Source: Candidatus Latescibacterota bacterium
Lineage (GTDB): Bacteria; Latescibacterota; UBA2968
NCBI GenBank assembly: GCA_965204745.1
Contig: OZ242010.1
Coordinates: 1,600,001-1,664,000 of the forward strand
Direction of reading: 5' to 3'
Length of the DNA stretch: 64,000 nt
The translations under genes were made by a program, and so were the position numbers. Below are positions 27,592 to 37,943 of the stretch, one piece after another. The notes beneath the pieces were generated by a model. That model saw nothing but the letters and a program-made list of their open reading frames with translations, did no database searches and had not been told where the DNA came from. Every line of letters begins with the position of its first letter. Within the stretch, counting starts at the first letter, position 1.

Positions 27592-30510
27592 ATGATGAGA
27601 TGGATGATCGCACTTATTGCGATGTCGTGGTTGCACGCATCGGCAATGGCCGGGGTGACGGGCAAAATTGCGGGTCAGATCGCGGACCGAGATGGCAGCG
27701 GCGCATTGCCCGGGGCAAATGTGGTGATTTTGGACATGCCCAGCACTTTTGGCGCGGTGTCCGATGCCGAGGGTCATTTTGCGATTTTGAATGTGCCTGC
27801 GGGTACGCATAACCTCAAGTGCAGTTTTATCGGGTATCAAGACGTGGTGCTCAAGGGCATCAAAGTGTTGCCGGATTTGACCACAGAGGTCGATTTTGTG
27901 TTGGCGGCGCAGGCATTGGAAGCCGATGTGCTCGAGGTGGTGGCCGAGCGTCCGCTGGTGCAAAAAGACAATACGAGTTCGCTGCGGTTGGTCACCAGTG
28001 AAGAACTCGAATACATGCCCATCCGCGGGTACGCGGCGGCCACGTCTTTGCAGGCCGGGGTGACGAGTTTGGGCGGCGAATTGCACATCCGCGGCGGGCG
28101 GTATTCCGAAGTGGATTACATCGTCGATGGCGTGTCGCAGAAGGATTTGCAATTCGGCACCTCGACCACGATCCTCAGCAATGGCGCCATCGATCAGGTG
28201 TCGGTGATCGTGGGCGGGTTTGAAGCGGAGTACGGGCGCGTGATGTCGGGCGTCGTCAAGGTGGTGACGCGCGAAGGCGGGCAAAAGTATTCCGGGTCCG
28301 TGGAATACATCACGGATGAGTTGAATGACCGCAGTTGGGCCGGCGCGCCTTCTTTTGGGTACAACAACGTGGATGCGACATTGGGCGGCCCACTGGCACC
28401 CGGGTCGGATCGGCTTTCGTTTTTCGTTTCCGCAGAACGCCTCGACCGCCTCGACCGCGGCCCGCGCTGGGGCGTGGAAGCGCACGAGTGGGAGCGCGAG
28501 TTGTTGTCGGAGGAAGAGTTCGAGTTGCTCAGCGATGGCATTTTGCCGCACTACACCCTCAACCGCTGGGGTTGGCAGGCCAAGTTGTCGTCTCGGGTGT
28601 CGGATGCCGTGGGGTTTAAGGCCGGCGTCGTAGGCTCGATGACGGACCGCTTGAGCTATGTCCACACGTACCGCTACAATTTGCGGCACTCTCCGCGCGT
28701 GACGAGAAACAACAATTCGGCGTTTGCGCGCATCACCTATACGCACGGCGCGAAGACTTTTTTCACCTTGCAGACGAGTCTTTTCGACCAGAACTTCAAG
28801 GGCGGCGACGGGGTTTATTTCGACAATTTGAACGACTATTCCCGGCCGCAGGGCAATCCGCGCTTTGACGCGGAGAATTTGTTTGCCCGCGGGGATGTGG
28901 ATTCCACAGAGATCACGCCCACGACCGAGACGTTCAACGACCGGTCCGTGACGTATTTCGAGGGCGACGAGGGGCGCGTGTATGACGACTTTGAGCAGAG
29001 CAGTTCGTTTTACATCACGCCCATAGATTTTGATTTGACCAGCCAGATCAGCCGCAACCACCAGTTTAAGTTGGGCTTTGACCTCCAGCTACACCGCTTG
29101 CGCTATTTCCGGCACCTGACCCCGACATTGACGTATCGCGGGCCGTACGAGGATGCGGACAACCGGGGCGGGTTCCAAGATACGGATCGCTACGGGTATC
29201 AGTACGATTGGAACAACGAAGTCCTCGAGCCGTTGGACTCGACCCGAGACGCCAAAAAGCAACCCATCTTGGCGTCGTTTTACGTGCAGGACAAGATGGA
29301 GTACGACGGGTTGATCATCAATGCCGGGTTGCGCTACGATTATTTGAATGCGCGCACGGATGTGTTGTCCGACGAGAGCGTGCCCTTGGGGGGCGACTCC
29401 ACGCTGGATCCGCAGGACTTGGCCGGCAACAGCGTGTACCACAAACTCAGCCCGCGCTTGGGCGTTGGGTTTCCGGTGACGGACAAGACCGTGTTCCACA
29501 TGAACTACGGCATTTTTTACCAGCAACCCAAGTTGGAAGACCTGTACGTGGGCTTGGATTATCTCGAATACAAAGCGCCGCTGGGCGGGTATTACTACGC
29601 TTTTGGCAACCCCAACCTCAAGCCGGAAAAGACCACGGCGTACGAAGTGGGCTTGGTGCAACAACTCGGCGGGCATGCCAGCGTGGATATCACGGCGTAC
29701 TACAAAGCCGTGGAAAACCTCGTTCAGGTGGCGACGATTCCGTCCAATCCCGCGGCCTTTTCCTCGTTCCGCAACCGCGACTACGGCACGATTAAGGGGT
29801 TGGACGTCGGCCTTTTGATGCGGCGCAGGGGGCGCACCACAGCGCGCATCTCCTATTCGCTCGCCTTTGCCACGGGCACGGGGTCCACGCCGCAAACCCA
29901 GCGGCAGATCGCTTGGACCTTTCAGCCCGGGGTGAACGAGCCGCCCAAGTCAACCGCGCCGCTCGATTTTGATCAACGCCACAACATTTCCGCGTCGGTG
30001 GATTATCGCTTTGTCGATAATGACGGGCCGAGGCTGCTAGGCGGGCGGCCCCTGTCCAATGCGGGCCTCAATGTGCTGATCGACGCGGGAAGTGGCTTTC
30101 CCTATACGCCCACCTTCACGTTTAATGAAGTGACCACCTTGGCGACGTTTTCCCGGCCTTCGGGTTCGGTCAATTCCAGCTACGGGCCCTGGACGTTCCG
30201 CGTCGATCTCAAGGCCAACAAGCGGTTCAAAATCGCCTCGATTCAGGGCGACTTCTACGTGTGGGTGATCAATCTGTTGAATCGCGCCAATGTGACGGCC
30301 CGCAACACAGACGGCCGCGGCACCGAGTCGGCGTTGTATTCGGGCACGGGCAGTGCCACGACCACGGGTTGGTTGAACACGGATGAAGGCCGCGAATTCG
30401 TGCGGCGATTTGGTCAGTTGGGCGAAGACAAATACAAGCTAAAAGAAAAAGACCCGCGCAACTTTGGCTCGCCCCGACAAGTGCGCTTTGGGCTCGCGCT
30501 CAGCTTCTAA
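27592..30510 (+). CDS. TonB-dependent receptor
   Basis: GVTGKIAGQI, HIRGGR..EVDYIVDG, GGFEAEYG, SPRLGVGFP, GNPNLKPEKT, DQRH, PRQVRFGLALSF. Confidence 0.92.
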   Translation: MMRWMIALIAMSWLHASAMAGVTGKIAGQIADRDGSGALPGANVVILDMPSTFGAVSDAEGHFAILNVPAGTHNLKCSFIGYQDVVLKGIKVLPDLTTEVDFVLAAQALEADVLEVVAERPLVQKDNTSSLRLVTSEELEYMPIRGYAAATSLQAGVTSLGGELHIRGGRYSEVDYIVDGVSQKDLQFGTSTTILSNGAIDQVSVIVGGFEAEYGRVMSGVVKVVTREGGQKYSGSVEYITDELNDRSWAGAPSFGYNNVDATLGGPLAPGSDRLSFFVSAERLDRLDRGPRWGVEAHEWERELLSEEEFELLSDGILPHYTLNRWGWQAKLSSRVSDAVGFKAGVVGSMTDRLSYVHTYRYNLRHSPRVTRNNNSAFARITYTHGAKTFFTLQTSLFDQNFKGGDGVYFDNLNDYSRPQGNPRFDAENLFARGDVDSTEITPTTETFNDRSVTYFEGDEGRVYDDFEQSSSFYITPIDFDLTSQISRNHQFKLGFDLQLHRLRYFRHLTPTLTYRGPYEDADNRGGFQDTDRYGYQYDWNNEVLEPLDSTRDAKKQPILASFYVQDKMEYDGLIINAGLRYDYLNARTDVLSDESVPLGGDSTLDPQDLAGNSVYHKLSPRLGVGFPVTDKTVFHMNYGIFYQQPKLEDLYVGLDYLEYKAPLGGYYYAFGNPNLKPEKTTAYEVGLVQQLGGHASVDITAYYKAVENLVQVATIPSNPAAFSSFRNRDYGTIKGLDVGLLMRRRGRTTARISYSLAFATGTGSTPQTQRQIAWTFQPGVNEPPKSTAPLDFDQRHNISASVDYRFVDNDGPRLLGGRPLSNAGLNVLIDAGSGFPYTPTFTFNEVTTLATFSRPSGSVNSSYGPWTFRVDLKANKRFKIASIQGDFYVWVINLLNRANVTARNTDGRGTESALYSGTGSATTTGWLNTDEGREFVRRFGQLGEDKYKLKEKDPRNFGSPRQVRFGLALSF

Positions 30511-30523
30511 CAGGAGGTAGGAG

Positions 30524-33500
30524 ATGAAATTTTTGCGAAGTTTGACGCTGACTTTGATGGCCTTGGGCATGGCCGGCACGGCATGGGCCGAACAGCTCAA
30601 TCAAAGGCCGCGGTTGGGCAAAATCGACAATGACAAGCTGATCGATGTGAACAACATCGCCATGTTTGTGACCAACCGAGGATCTTTTGCCTGGGATGTG
30701 GGCACCGGGGCTTCGGGCCTCGAATTTCCCAAGGGCACGGGCAAGACCGCGGTCTTTGCGGCCGGCCCGTGGATCGCGGGGAAGGTGAATGGCGAGATTC
30801 GCGTGGCGATAGCCGAGTATCGGTTTGAGTTCGCGCCCGGCCCCATTTTGCCCGATGGCACGCCTGCGGACCCGCAAAGTGACCGCTATCGCGTGTACAA
30901 GATCAACCGCGGCGATGGCCCGGAAAATCCGGATTACGCGCAGTGGCCCGTGGAAGACGGCGCGCCGGTCAATGCGGATGGCACGCCGATGATGCTGGGC
31001 GATCAGATGTTGTGGGCCGTGTATAACGACGCGGATCCGGGGGTTCACACCGGCATGCAGACCGCGCCTTTGGGCGTTGAAATCCAGCAGACGACCTTTG
31101 CGTTTAACCGCACCGGGCCGCTCGGCAATGTGGTGTTCATCAAGTTTTTGATCCTCAACAAGGGCGGCAACACCATCGACAGCACGTATGTGTCGCTGTG
31201 GTCCGATCCCGACTTGGGGCAGGCCGACAACGATTTGGTGGGGTGCGATGTGGAAACGAGTCTGGGATTTTGCTACAACGGGTCGAACACGGACTCGCAG
31301 TACGGGTCGTCGCCCCCTGCTGTGGGGTACGACTTTTTCAAGGGGCCCATTGGCGACGATGGCGAGGAATTGCCCATGACGTCGTTTAGCAAGTACATCA
31401 ACGGCACGGACCCGAACACGGCAGAAGAGACGTACAATTACATGAAGGGCATCGACGCAGACGGCACGGTGACACTGCACACGGACCCGATTACCGGGCA
31501 GGTCAAGGCGTTTATGGTGGATGGGGATCCGGTTGCGGGCACGGGCTGGAACGACGAGAACCCGGCGGACCGGCGCTTGATGCTCACCGCGGGGCCCTTT
31601 ACGTTCGCGCCCGGGGACACGCAGGAAGTGGTGGGCGCGATCATCCTGGGGCAAGGGCAAGACCGGCTCACGTCGATCACCGCGGCGCGGTTCAACGACA
31701 CGTTTGCCCAGTCGGCTTTTGACGCCAATTTTGAATTGCCCTCGCCGCCGCCCGCGCCCAAAGTGCTGGTCGCGACTACGGGCGACCACATGGGCAATGG
31801 CAAAATTCAGTTGACCTGGGGCAAGGATTCGGAAATTTCTAGCGGCGACTATGCGTTTGAAGGGTACAACGTGTACCAGGGCGAGTCTGTCGCAGGCCCG
31901 TGGCGGCGCATTGCGACTTTTGACGTGATCAACGGGTCGGCGATTATTTTCGACAATCAGTTTGACGAAGGCTCTGGCGTGGTGGTCAATTCGCCCGCGC
32001 AATTTGGCGGGGACTCGGGCATTCGGCACTATATCGAATTGACCGAAGACAAGGTTTTGGGCGGGCGGCTGATAACGGGCAAAACCTATTTCTTTGCGGT
32101 GACGGCGTATTCGCTGAACGAGAGCAGGTCGCCCAAAACCCTAGAGACGGCACTTGCGCCGCTGGCCGATGGGCGCATGACATTCAAGCCCCTTTCGGAC
32201 GAGTTGATTCCTGCCAATGGCATCGTGCCGCGCTCGCCCACGGCAGGCACGCGATTCAATACCGTGGGGGTCGATAGCCTGGTCGCGCACACGCAGGGGT
32301 CGAGCGATGGGATCGTGGCCGTGCAGGTGGTTGACGAGACCCGCGTGACCGGCGCGTCTTACGAGGTGCGCTTCCGCGAGACCGATGAGGGCACCACTGT
32401 TTGGGATTTGGTCAATTTGTCGAGCGGGCAAGCCGTGCTTTCCGATATGGCGCAACACGCGACCTTAGACGAGGCCGTTTCCAATCCGGTTGTCGAGGGG
32501 TTGCTCGTGCGCGTGACCGGCCCGCCCTTGGGCATTAAGGATTGGGAGATTCCCTCTGGGGCGCGGTGGTACACCTGGGCGGGTAACAACTGGGGGGGCG
32601 AGGGGTTTCGCGGCGCGATGACGGGCGATGTGGCCCACTATTGGTTTGGCCCGACGAGCGTGCCCCCTGCGCGGTTGGTCAATGTGGAATTGCGCTTTAC
32701 CAGCGTGATTGAAGACGAGGGGGAAGATCAGTACAAGCCCATCGACTTGACCAATCCCAATGTGTCGTGGGGGTATCGGTATTTGCGCGGCGCAAGTGCG
32801 CCGCCACCGGCGCCTGCGGATCAGACCACGACCAAGGCCCCGTACGATTGGAGCAGCTACATCATCAATACGTCAGGGCCAGGCGTTTATGTGTATCAGG
32901 AACGCAATCCCATCGCCCTGGCGGCTTGGGATGTGGAAAACAACCGCCGCCTCGAGGTGGGATGGCTGGAAAACAATCAGACCGGGGGCTTGGTCAACGG
33001 CGCTTATGGGCCGGCCTATTACGATGATATCGGCAATCTCGTCGGCGCTGGCCCGCGCGAGTGGTTGTTCATCTTTGACCGAACTTATACCGAGCCGGGC
33101 GATGATACCAATGTGGCGGAATTGTCGCAGGGGTTGATCAACGACGATTCGCCGCCGCCGATTATGTACATCGTATTTGCAGGCCGCCGGCAAGCAGACC
33201 GGTTCCCGCAAGATGGCGATTCGTTTCTGATTTACGCCAATCACGTCAACAGCAGCAACGATGTGTTTTCATTCAATACGCAGGGCGCGTTGCGAAACGA
33301 TCAGGCGTTGGCCGCAGAGGATTTGACGAAAATTCTGGCCGTGCCCAATCCGTATTTGGGGCGGTCGTCTTACGAACTGAGTTCGCTGGCGCGGCAGATG
33401 CGCTTTACCAATCTTCCCGCGTCATGTACGATCCGAATTTTCAGCCTGTCGGGCGATTTGGTGCGGACGATCAGCCACAACAATGGCTTGTCGTTTGACA

Positions 33501-33637
33501 CCTGGGATCTGAAAACCGATCAGGGCGTGCTGGTCTCGAGCGGCGTTTATATCGCGCATTTTGACGCGCCGGGCATTGGCACGCATTTTATCAAGTGCGC
33601 GGTATTTATGGAATCCGAGGCCCTCAATTCGTTCTAA
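30524..33637 (+). CDS. Large secreted protein with C-terminal T9SS-type/FlgD-like sorting domain
   Basis: Signal peptide; FN3-like FEGYNVY...YFFAVTAY; C-terminus VPNPY..FTNLP..IRIFSLSGDLVR..WDLKT..SSGVYI. Confidence 0.85.
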   Translation: MKFLRSLTLTLMALGMAGTAWAEQLNQRPRLGKIDNDKLIDVNNIAMFVTNRGSFAWDVGTGASGLEFPKGTGKTAVFAAGPWIAGKVNGEIRVAIAEYRFEFAPGPILPDGTPADPQSDRYRVYKINRGDGPENPDYAQWPVEDGAPVNADGTPMMLGDQMLWAVYNDADPGVHTGMQTAPLGVEIQQTTFAFNRTGPLGNVVFIKFLILNKGGNTIDSTYVSLWSDPDLGQADNDLVGCDVETSLGFCYNGSNTDSQYGSSPPAVGYDFFKGPIGDDGEELPMTSFSKYINGTDPNTAEETYNYMKGIDADGTVTLHTDPITGQVKAFMVDGDPVAGTGWNDENPADRRLMLTAGPFTFAPGDTQEVVGAIILGQGQDRLTSITAARFNDTFAQSAFDANFELPSPPPAPKVLVATTGDHMGNGKIQLTWGKDSEISSGDYAFEGYNVYQGESVAGPWRRIATFDVINGSAIIFDNQFDEGSGVVVNSPAQFGGDSGIRHYIELTEDKVLGGRLITGKTYFFAVTAYSLNESRSPKTLETALAPLADGRMTFKPLSDELIPANGIVPRSPTAGTRFNTVGVDSLVAHTQGSSDGIVAVQVVDETRVTGASYEVRFRETDEGTTVWDLVNLSSGQAVLSDMAQHATLDEAVSNPVVEGLLVRVTGPPLGIKDWEIPSGARWYTWAGNNWGGEGFRGAMTGDVAHYWFGPTSVPPARLVNVELRFTSVIEDEGEDQYKPIDLTNPNVSWGYRYLRGASAPPPAPADQTTTKAPYDWSSYIINTSGPGVYVYQERNPIALAAWDVENNRRLEVGWLENNQTGGLVNGAYGPAYYDDIGNLVGAGPREWLFIFDRTYTEPGDDTNVAELSQGLINDDSPPPIMYIVFAGRRQADRFPQDGDSFLIYANHVNSSNDVFSFNTQGALRNDQALAAEDLTKILAVPNPYLGRSSYELSSLARQMRFTNLPASCTIRIFSLSGDLVRTISHNNGLSFDTWDLKTDQGVLVSSGVYIAHFDAPGIGTHFIKCAVFMESEALNSF

Positions 33638-33652
33638 ATGGAGGAATGACTT

Positions 33653-34708
33653 ATGTTGAAGCAGATCATTTTGCTGTTCGCCGCGCTGGCCTTGGTGGCA
33701 CAAGATGCACGCGCTGGCGATAAGAGCCGCATCGGCACGTCCGCGGCGCAAGAGTTGCGGATTCCCATCGGGTCGCGCGGGACCGCGCTGGGCGGCGCGA
33801 TTTTGGCCCATGTCAGCGGCGCAGAGGCATTGCAGTGGAATCCTTCGGGATTGGTTTTTGGCGCGCACAAGCGCGAGGTCGTGTTTTCGTATCTCGATTA
33901 TATCGCGGATATGAATATCAACTACGTCGCCCTGACCACGCACTTGCGCGACGATATTTCGATAGGGATCAGCGCCCGCGTGTTTTCCGTGGGCGATATC
34001 ATCGTGACCACCGAGGAATCGCCCGAGGGCACGGGCGAGGTGCTTTCGCCCAAGTTTTCGTGCGTGGCGTTCACGTATTCGCAGTTGTTGACGGACCGCG
34101 TGTCGTTTGGCAGCACGATCAAGTACATTCACGAGGGGATCAAGCGCGAGGTCGCCAGGGGCATGGCGTTTGATTTTGGGTTTCAGTACAAGACCGCGCT
34201 CAAGGGGTTGACCCTGGGCATTGCCATGCGAAACTTCGGGCCGGACTTGCGGTTCGATGGCCCGGACTTGGAGCGGGTGGTGCGCTTGCAAGACGCGATT
34301 CCCAATGCGGATCCCCAAGCTACGTCGCGCAATTTCCGCACGTCGCTCGCCTCTGCGGAGTTGCCCACGTCTATCGAAATCGGGTTTTCTTATGATTTCT
34401 ACGAAGATGCGATGGGCAAAGCCGCTTTTTCCGCCACCTTCCGCAACAATAATCTGGCGACGGACGAGTATCAGGCAGGTGTCGAGTATTCCCTAAAAAA
34501 GATGCTCCAGTTGCGCGGTGGGTATGTGATGTCGCCAACAGGGGATGCCCTGCCCAACGGGTTTAAGAAGGAATATATCCTCGGCCCGACATTTGGCTTT
34601 GGCCTCCATGTGCCCATGGGCAATACGGCATTTCAGGTGGATTACGCCTACGGCAAGACCGAGTTCTTCCAAGACAACCACTGGCTGACTGTGGGACTCG
34701 GGTTTTAG
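33653..34708 (+). CDS. PorV/PorQ-family outer-membrane beta-barrel
   Basis: AQELRIPIGSRGTALGG, WNPSGL, AFDFGFQY, RNFGPDL, terminal GLGF. Confidence 0.85.
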   Translation: MLKQIILLFAALALVAQDARAGDKSRIGTSAAQELRIPIGSRGTALGGAILAHVSGAEALQWNPSGLVFGAHKREVVFSYLDYIADMNINYVALTTHLRDDISIGISARVFSVGDIIVTTEESPEGTGEVLSPKFSCVAFTYSQLLTDRVSFGSTIKYIHEGIKREVARGMAFDFGFQYKTALKGLTLGIAMRNFGPDLRFDGPDLERVVRLQDAIPNADPQATSRNFRTSLASAELPTSIEIGFSYDFYEDAMGKAAFSATFRNNNLATDEYQAGVEYSLKKMLQLRGGYVMSPTGDALPNGFKKEYILGPTFGFGLHVPMGNTAFQVDYAYGKTEFFQDNHWLTVGLGF

Positions 34709-34714
34709 GAAGGA

Positions 34715-34790
34715 AGGAAGAGGGGAGACGTAAGAGGGGAGACGTAAGAGGCAAGAGGGGAGAAGCGGACCTATCCCCCTAACCCTCTCA
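34715..34790. repeat. Degenerate heptamer repeats (AGAGGGG/AGACGTA/AGAGGCA) followed by a REP half-unit
   Basis: AAGAGGGGAGACGTAAGAGGGGAGACGTAAGAGGCAAGAGGGGAGA then GACCTATCCCCCTAACCC. Confidence 0.7.
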
Positions 34791-34867
34791 CATCAGGGAT
34801 GAATGAGGAACAGACGTTCCGTAGGGATCCTGCGTTGCTTGTCTCACGTTTGTTGCATTCCGTTTGT

Positions 34868-35095
34868 TTTGATGCCTTCGGCGACCTACTTTTTTTCAAC
34901 AGGAAAAAAAGTAGGCAAAAAATGCCGCTCTCAAACGCCGAGAGGCTTGCACAGCGCAAATCGCTTTTGTAATCGCACGACATGCGTTGGCCTGCAAAGG
35001 GGGTTACAAGCGGGTTGTTGGTTGCGAGACGGACTTGCGCGCTGTGCGTGATGGCTTGATTGGAGGATGTTTTGCGATGGCATGGTTGCGATGAC
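34868..35095 (-). repeat. 228-bp structured dispersed repeat, copy 2
   Basis: Inverted homologue of 15935-16162. Confidence 0.9.
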
Positions 35096-35317
35096 TTCTC
35101 TGAATGACTGCATAGCGTCAAGGAGATCATTGGCTCTCAGCATATCGCATCACATTAGGCCAACAGAAAATCAGTTTAGTATAATTCCTCGCCTCTCGGC
35201 GCATTTAACCGTCTGTATTGGTTTGTCGCACCAATGCAGGCGGTTTTGTTTTGTGTGGGCAATGGGCATTTGTATGGAAAACAAGGGGATATGACTTTTA
35301 CGGTCGCAACTGATGGT

Positions 35318-35332
35318 TGGCACGGATCTTGC
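35318..35332 (+). promoter_or_regulatory. Sigma54 -24/-12 promoter of pspA
   Basis: TGGCACG-GATC-TTGC matches the consensus; palindrome ATTGGT-N7-ACCAAT (35217-35235) is a candidate enhancer. Confidence 0.85.
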
Positions 35333-35378
35333 GAAAGAGCGCGTTTGATGGACAACCCCAAACCGAAAGGAGAGAAAG

Positions 35379-36053
35379 ATGGGTGCATTGAGCAGGATGG
35401 CGAATGTGGTTCGCGCAGAGGTCAACGAGGTTTTGAATCGGATCGAGGATCCGAAGAAGATGGTGCGGCAGATGATTTGGGATATGCAGGCCGAGGTGGA
35501 TGACGCGCTGGCAGCGGTGGCCCATGCCATTGCCAACGAGCGGGTGTTGGATCGCCGGCTGGCGCAGAAGCGGGAAGAGGCCGCGCTGTGGACGCGCAAG
35601 GCCGAGGCCGCGGTTGACGCGGGCGAAGAGGAGCTGGCGCGCAAGGCGTTGGTTCAGAAGGTGGCGGCGGATGAGGCGATCAGCGCGCTTCAGAAGGCGC
35701 GGGCCGAGGTCGCGACGCAGACCCTGAAGGATCGGGCGGCGGATTTGAAGGCCAAGTTGGCGACTGCGCGCACGCAACAGGGCGTTTTGGCCCTTCGCAT
35801 GCGCGCGGCGCGAGCGCGTCGCGACGTGGCGATGGTCGATGTGCAAGCGCGGTCGCGCTACGACGAGTTCGTCGATGAGGTGACGCGCGACGAGGTGGCC
35901 GCCGAGGTCTATGCGGAGATGGCGGCAAGCGATGATGGGCAACTCAAAGAGGAGTTCGACCGCCTGGAGCAAAAGCAACGGGTCGAGGCCGAGATTCAGG
36001 CGTTGAAGGAAAAGGCCAACCAAAAGAATCGGCCATCCGAGCAGGAGGAATGA
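35379..36053 (+). CDS. pspA: PspA/IM30 family protein
   Basis: MGALSRMANVVRAEVNEVLNRIEDPKKM, AEAAVDAGEEELARKAL, long coiled coil. Confidence 0.92.
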   Translation: MGALSRMANVVRAEVNEVLNRIEDPKKMVRQMIWDMQAEVDDALAAVAHAIANERVLDRRLAQKREEAALWTRKAEAAVDAGEEELARKALVQKVAADEAISALQKARAEVATQTLKDRAADLKAKLATARTQQGVLALRMRAARARRDVAMVDVQARSRYDEFVDEVTRDEVAAEVYAEMAASDDGQLKEEFDRLEQKQRVEAEIQALKEKANQKNRPSEQEE

Positions 36054-36055
36054 CG

Positions 36056-36208
36056 ATGTTGGCAAAGCTGTTCGGCATTGTTTTGCTGCTCATCGGCGCG
36101 GTCCTCGCGGTTGCCGTTTTGATGTTCGCGCTGAAGGTGGCCGCGGCAGTCGCGCTGATCTACCTCGGCTACCGCTTGCTCACGCGGCATCGGCGCCGCA
36201 GGTATTAA
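36056..36208 (+). CDS. 50-aa membrane protein (not in ORF track)
   Basis: AGGAGG RBS; MLAKLFGIVLLLIGAVLAVAVLMFALKVAAAVALIYLGYRLLTRHRRRRY. Confidence 0.8.
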   Translation: MLAKLFGIVLLLIGAVLAVAVLMFALKVAAAVALIYLGYRLLTRHRRRRY

Positions 36209-36232
36209 ATGCGCGGTTCGCGCAAAACGATT

Positions 36233-36272
36233 AAACCACCCATATCACAAAGATGTGGGTGGTTTTGTTTTT
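36233..36272 (+). terminator. Intrinsic terminator after the pspA operon
   Basis: AAACCACCCATATC/GATGTGGGTGGTTT stem plus T-rich tail. Confidence 0.8.
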
Positions 36273-36292
36273 GGTTCAAGGGTGTCTGTGGG

Positions 36293-37093
36293 TCAGTTCT
36301 CGATTTGCGTTGCGAAATCGCGCACCGCTGGGAAGAGGTCGCCGTCGAGTGGCGCGCCGATTTCGAGCTCGAGCGGGTCCGTGACGACGTGGCGTTTGCC
36401 GGTGTACGTGGTGGTGCAGTCCATGAAGATGATCACATGGGCTACGCGGGGTTCGTCCGTGTTGTTCGGCGTGGCCATGTGGGCGCAACGGCTGTGGTGA
36501 AACGTGCAGTCGCCCGCGCGCAGGGGCACGGTGATGCGCGGTGCCCAGGTCAGATCCGGTTGCGCGGTGAACAGGCGGCTTTCGTCTCGCGTGCTCTGTG
36601 CGGGCAGGTCCGTGTGCCGGTGCGATCCGGGGATAAAGCTCATGCAGCCGCGCTCGACCGGCACGTCGCACAACGCGATCCAGGCGGAAATGGATTGGGG
36701 CGAGTTGGCGTGCGGCCAAAAGGGTTGGTCTTGGTGAAAAGAGGTGGGCGCTTCGTTGTGCGGTTGTTTGATGAGGACGTGGTCGTGCCACAAGCGCAGG
36801 GGCACAGCCGCGAGTGCTTCGGCGACCGCGCCGATGTTGGGATGAAAGGTCAAGCGGCGAATGGCGTCGTTTTTGGGCCAGAAATTGACGAGTTGGGTAA
36901 AAACCGGTTGGTCGCGCACCATGATGTCTCGGCCTTCCGTGGGCCGCACGCCTTCACTGAAGTTTTGAATGGCGTCGTGAAATTCTGCGGCTTCTTCCGG
37001 CGAGATGATGCCGGGGATGTGGACAAAGCCGTTGTCCCGATAGCATTGGCGTTGCGCGGGGGTCAGGGTTTCAGGGGTGGTTTGATAGGCCAT
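36293..37093 (-). CDS. Phytanoyl-CoA dioxygenase (PhyH) family Fe/2OG dioxygenase
   Basis: YRDNGFV, FHQDQPFW, WIALCD, GCMSFIPGSH, FHHSRCAH. Confidence 0.92.
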   Translation of the reverse strand: MAYQTTPETLTPAQRQCYRDNGFVHIPGIISPEEAAEFHDAIQNFSEGVRPTEGRDIMVRDQPVFTQLVNFWPKNDAIRRLTFHPNIGAVAEALAAVPLRLWHDHVLIKQPHNEAPTSFHQDQPFWPHANSPQSISAWIALCDVPVERGCMSFIPGSHRHTDLPAQSTRDESRLFTAQPDLTWAPRITVPLRAGDCTFHHSRCAHMATPNNTDEPRVAHVIIFMDCTTTYTGKRHVVTDPLELEIGAPLDGDLFPAVRDFATQIEN

Positions 37094-37101
37094 GGGGTCT
37101 C

Positions 37102-37920
37102 CTATGGAATGTGATCGCCAGCGGGACGGGGGATGTGTTGCCAGTATCCCGATGGGTCGATGCCGCGACATACCACCGCGGGGGCGCGGTCCGTTTCTCG
37201 CGTGCGGACGTCGGGCGGCATGTAGCGCAGGGTTAGGCCACAGCGACGGCGGCGCGATGTGTTGGGCCGGGAACCGTGCAACAACAAGTCCGAGTGAATG
37301 GAAATTTGCCCGGCTTTCATGACAAAGGGCACGGGGTCGCCGAATCGCTCGGCATTGTGAACGGATTGTTTGAGCACGTTGTTTTCCTCGGGCGCGCTGT
37401 GGTCAAACGGGATTTGCCCGTGCAAATGCGAGCCGGGAATGACTTCCATCGGGCCGTTTTCCAGATCCACGTCGTCGATGGCGAGCCAGACTGTGACGGT
37501 TTTGGACGGGGTGAGCGGCCAGTACGAAGCGTCTTGGTGATAGGCCACTCGTTTGCCGTCGCCGGGCATTTTGCTGAAGTAGTGGGTCATGCGCGAGACC
37601 AAATTTGGGCCGAGCAGGTCTTCGACATAGTCGAGGATGCGGCCATCGATGAGCAGGTCGTAAATGCCCTTGCAAGTGCGGTGCCACCCGTTGATGGCAT
37701 AACTGTTTTTGCCCGCGGCCCGCGCTTTTGCCAGCAGGTGGTCGAAATACGCGCGATTGGCTTCGGCTTCGCGCTCGGTGAAAACGTCGAGCGGGAAGAT
37801 GTATCCCCGGTCATTGAAGTGCCGAATCTGCGCCCGCGTCAATTTTTTTGGCGCGTCATTCTCGGCCGGGTAAAATTTTATCTCCCGCTTCATCTCGGGA
37901 AGCGCGTCTGTTATGGGCAT
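37102..37920 (-). CDS. PhyH family Fe/2OG dioxygenase
   Basis: YHQDASYW, WLAIDD, NGPMEVIPGSH, HSDLLLHGS. Confidence 0.92.
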   Translation of the reverse strand: MPITDALPEMKREIKFYPAENDAPKKLTRAQIRHFNDRGYIFPLDVFTEREAEANRAYFDHLLAKARAAGKNSYAINGWHRTCKGIYDLLIDGRILDYVEDLLGPNLVSRMTHYFSKMPGDGKRVAYHQDASYWPLTPSKTVTVWLAIDDVDLENGPMEVIPGSHLHGQIPFDHSAPEENNVLKQSVHNAERFGDPVPFVMKAGQISIHSDLLLHGSRPNTSRRRRCGLTLRYMPPDVRTRETDRAPAVVCRGIDPSGYWQHIPRPAGDHIP

Positions 37921-37943
37921 AGCGTCTCCTAAAAAAAGACCAC

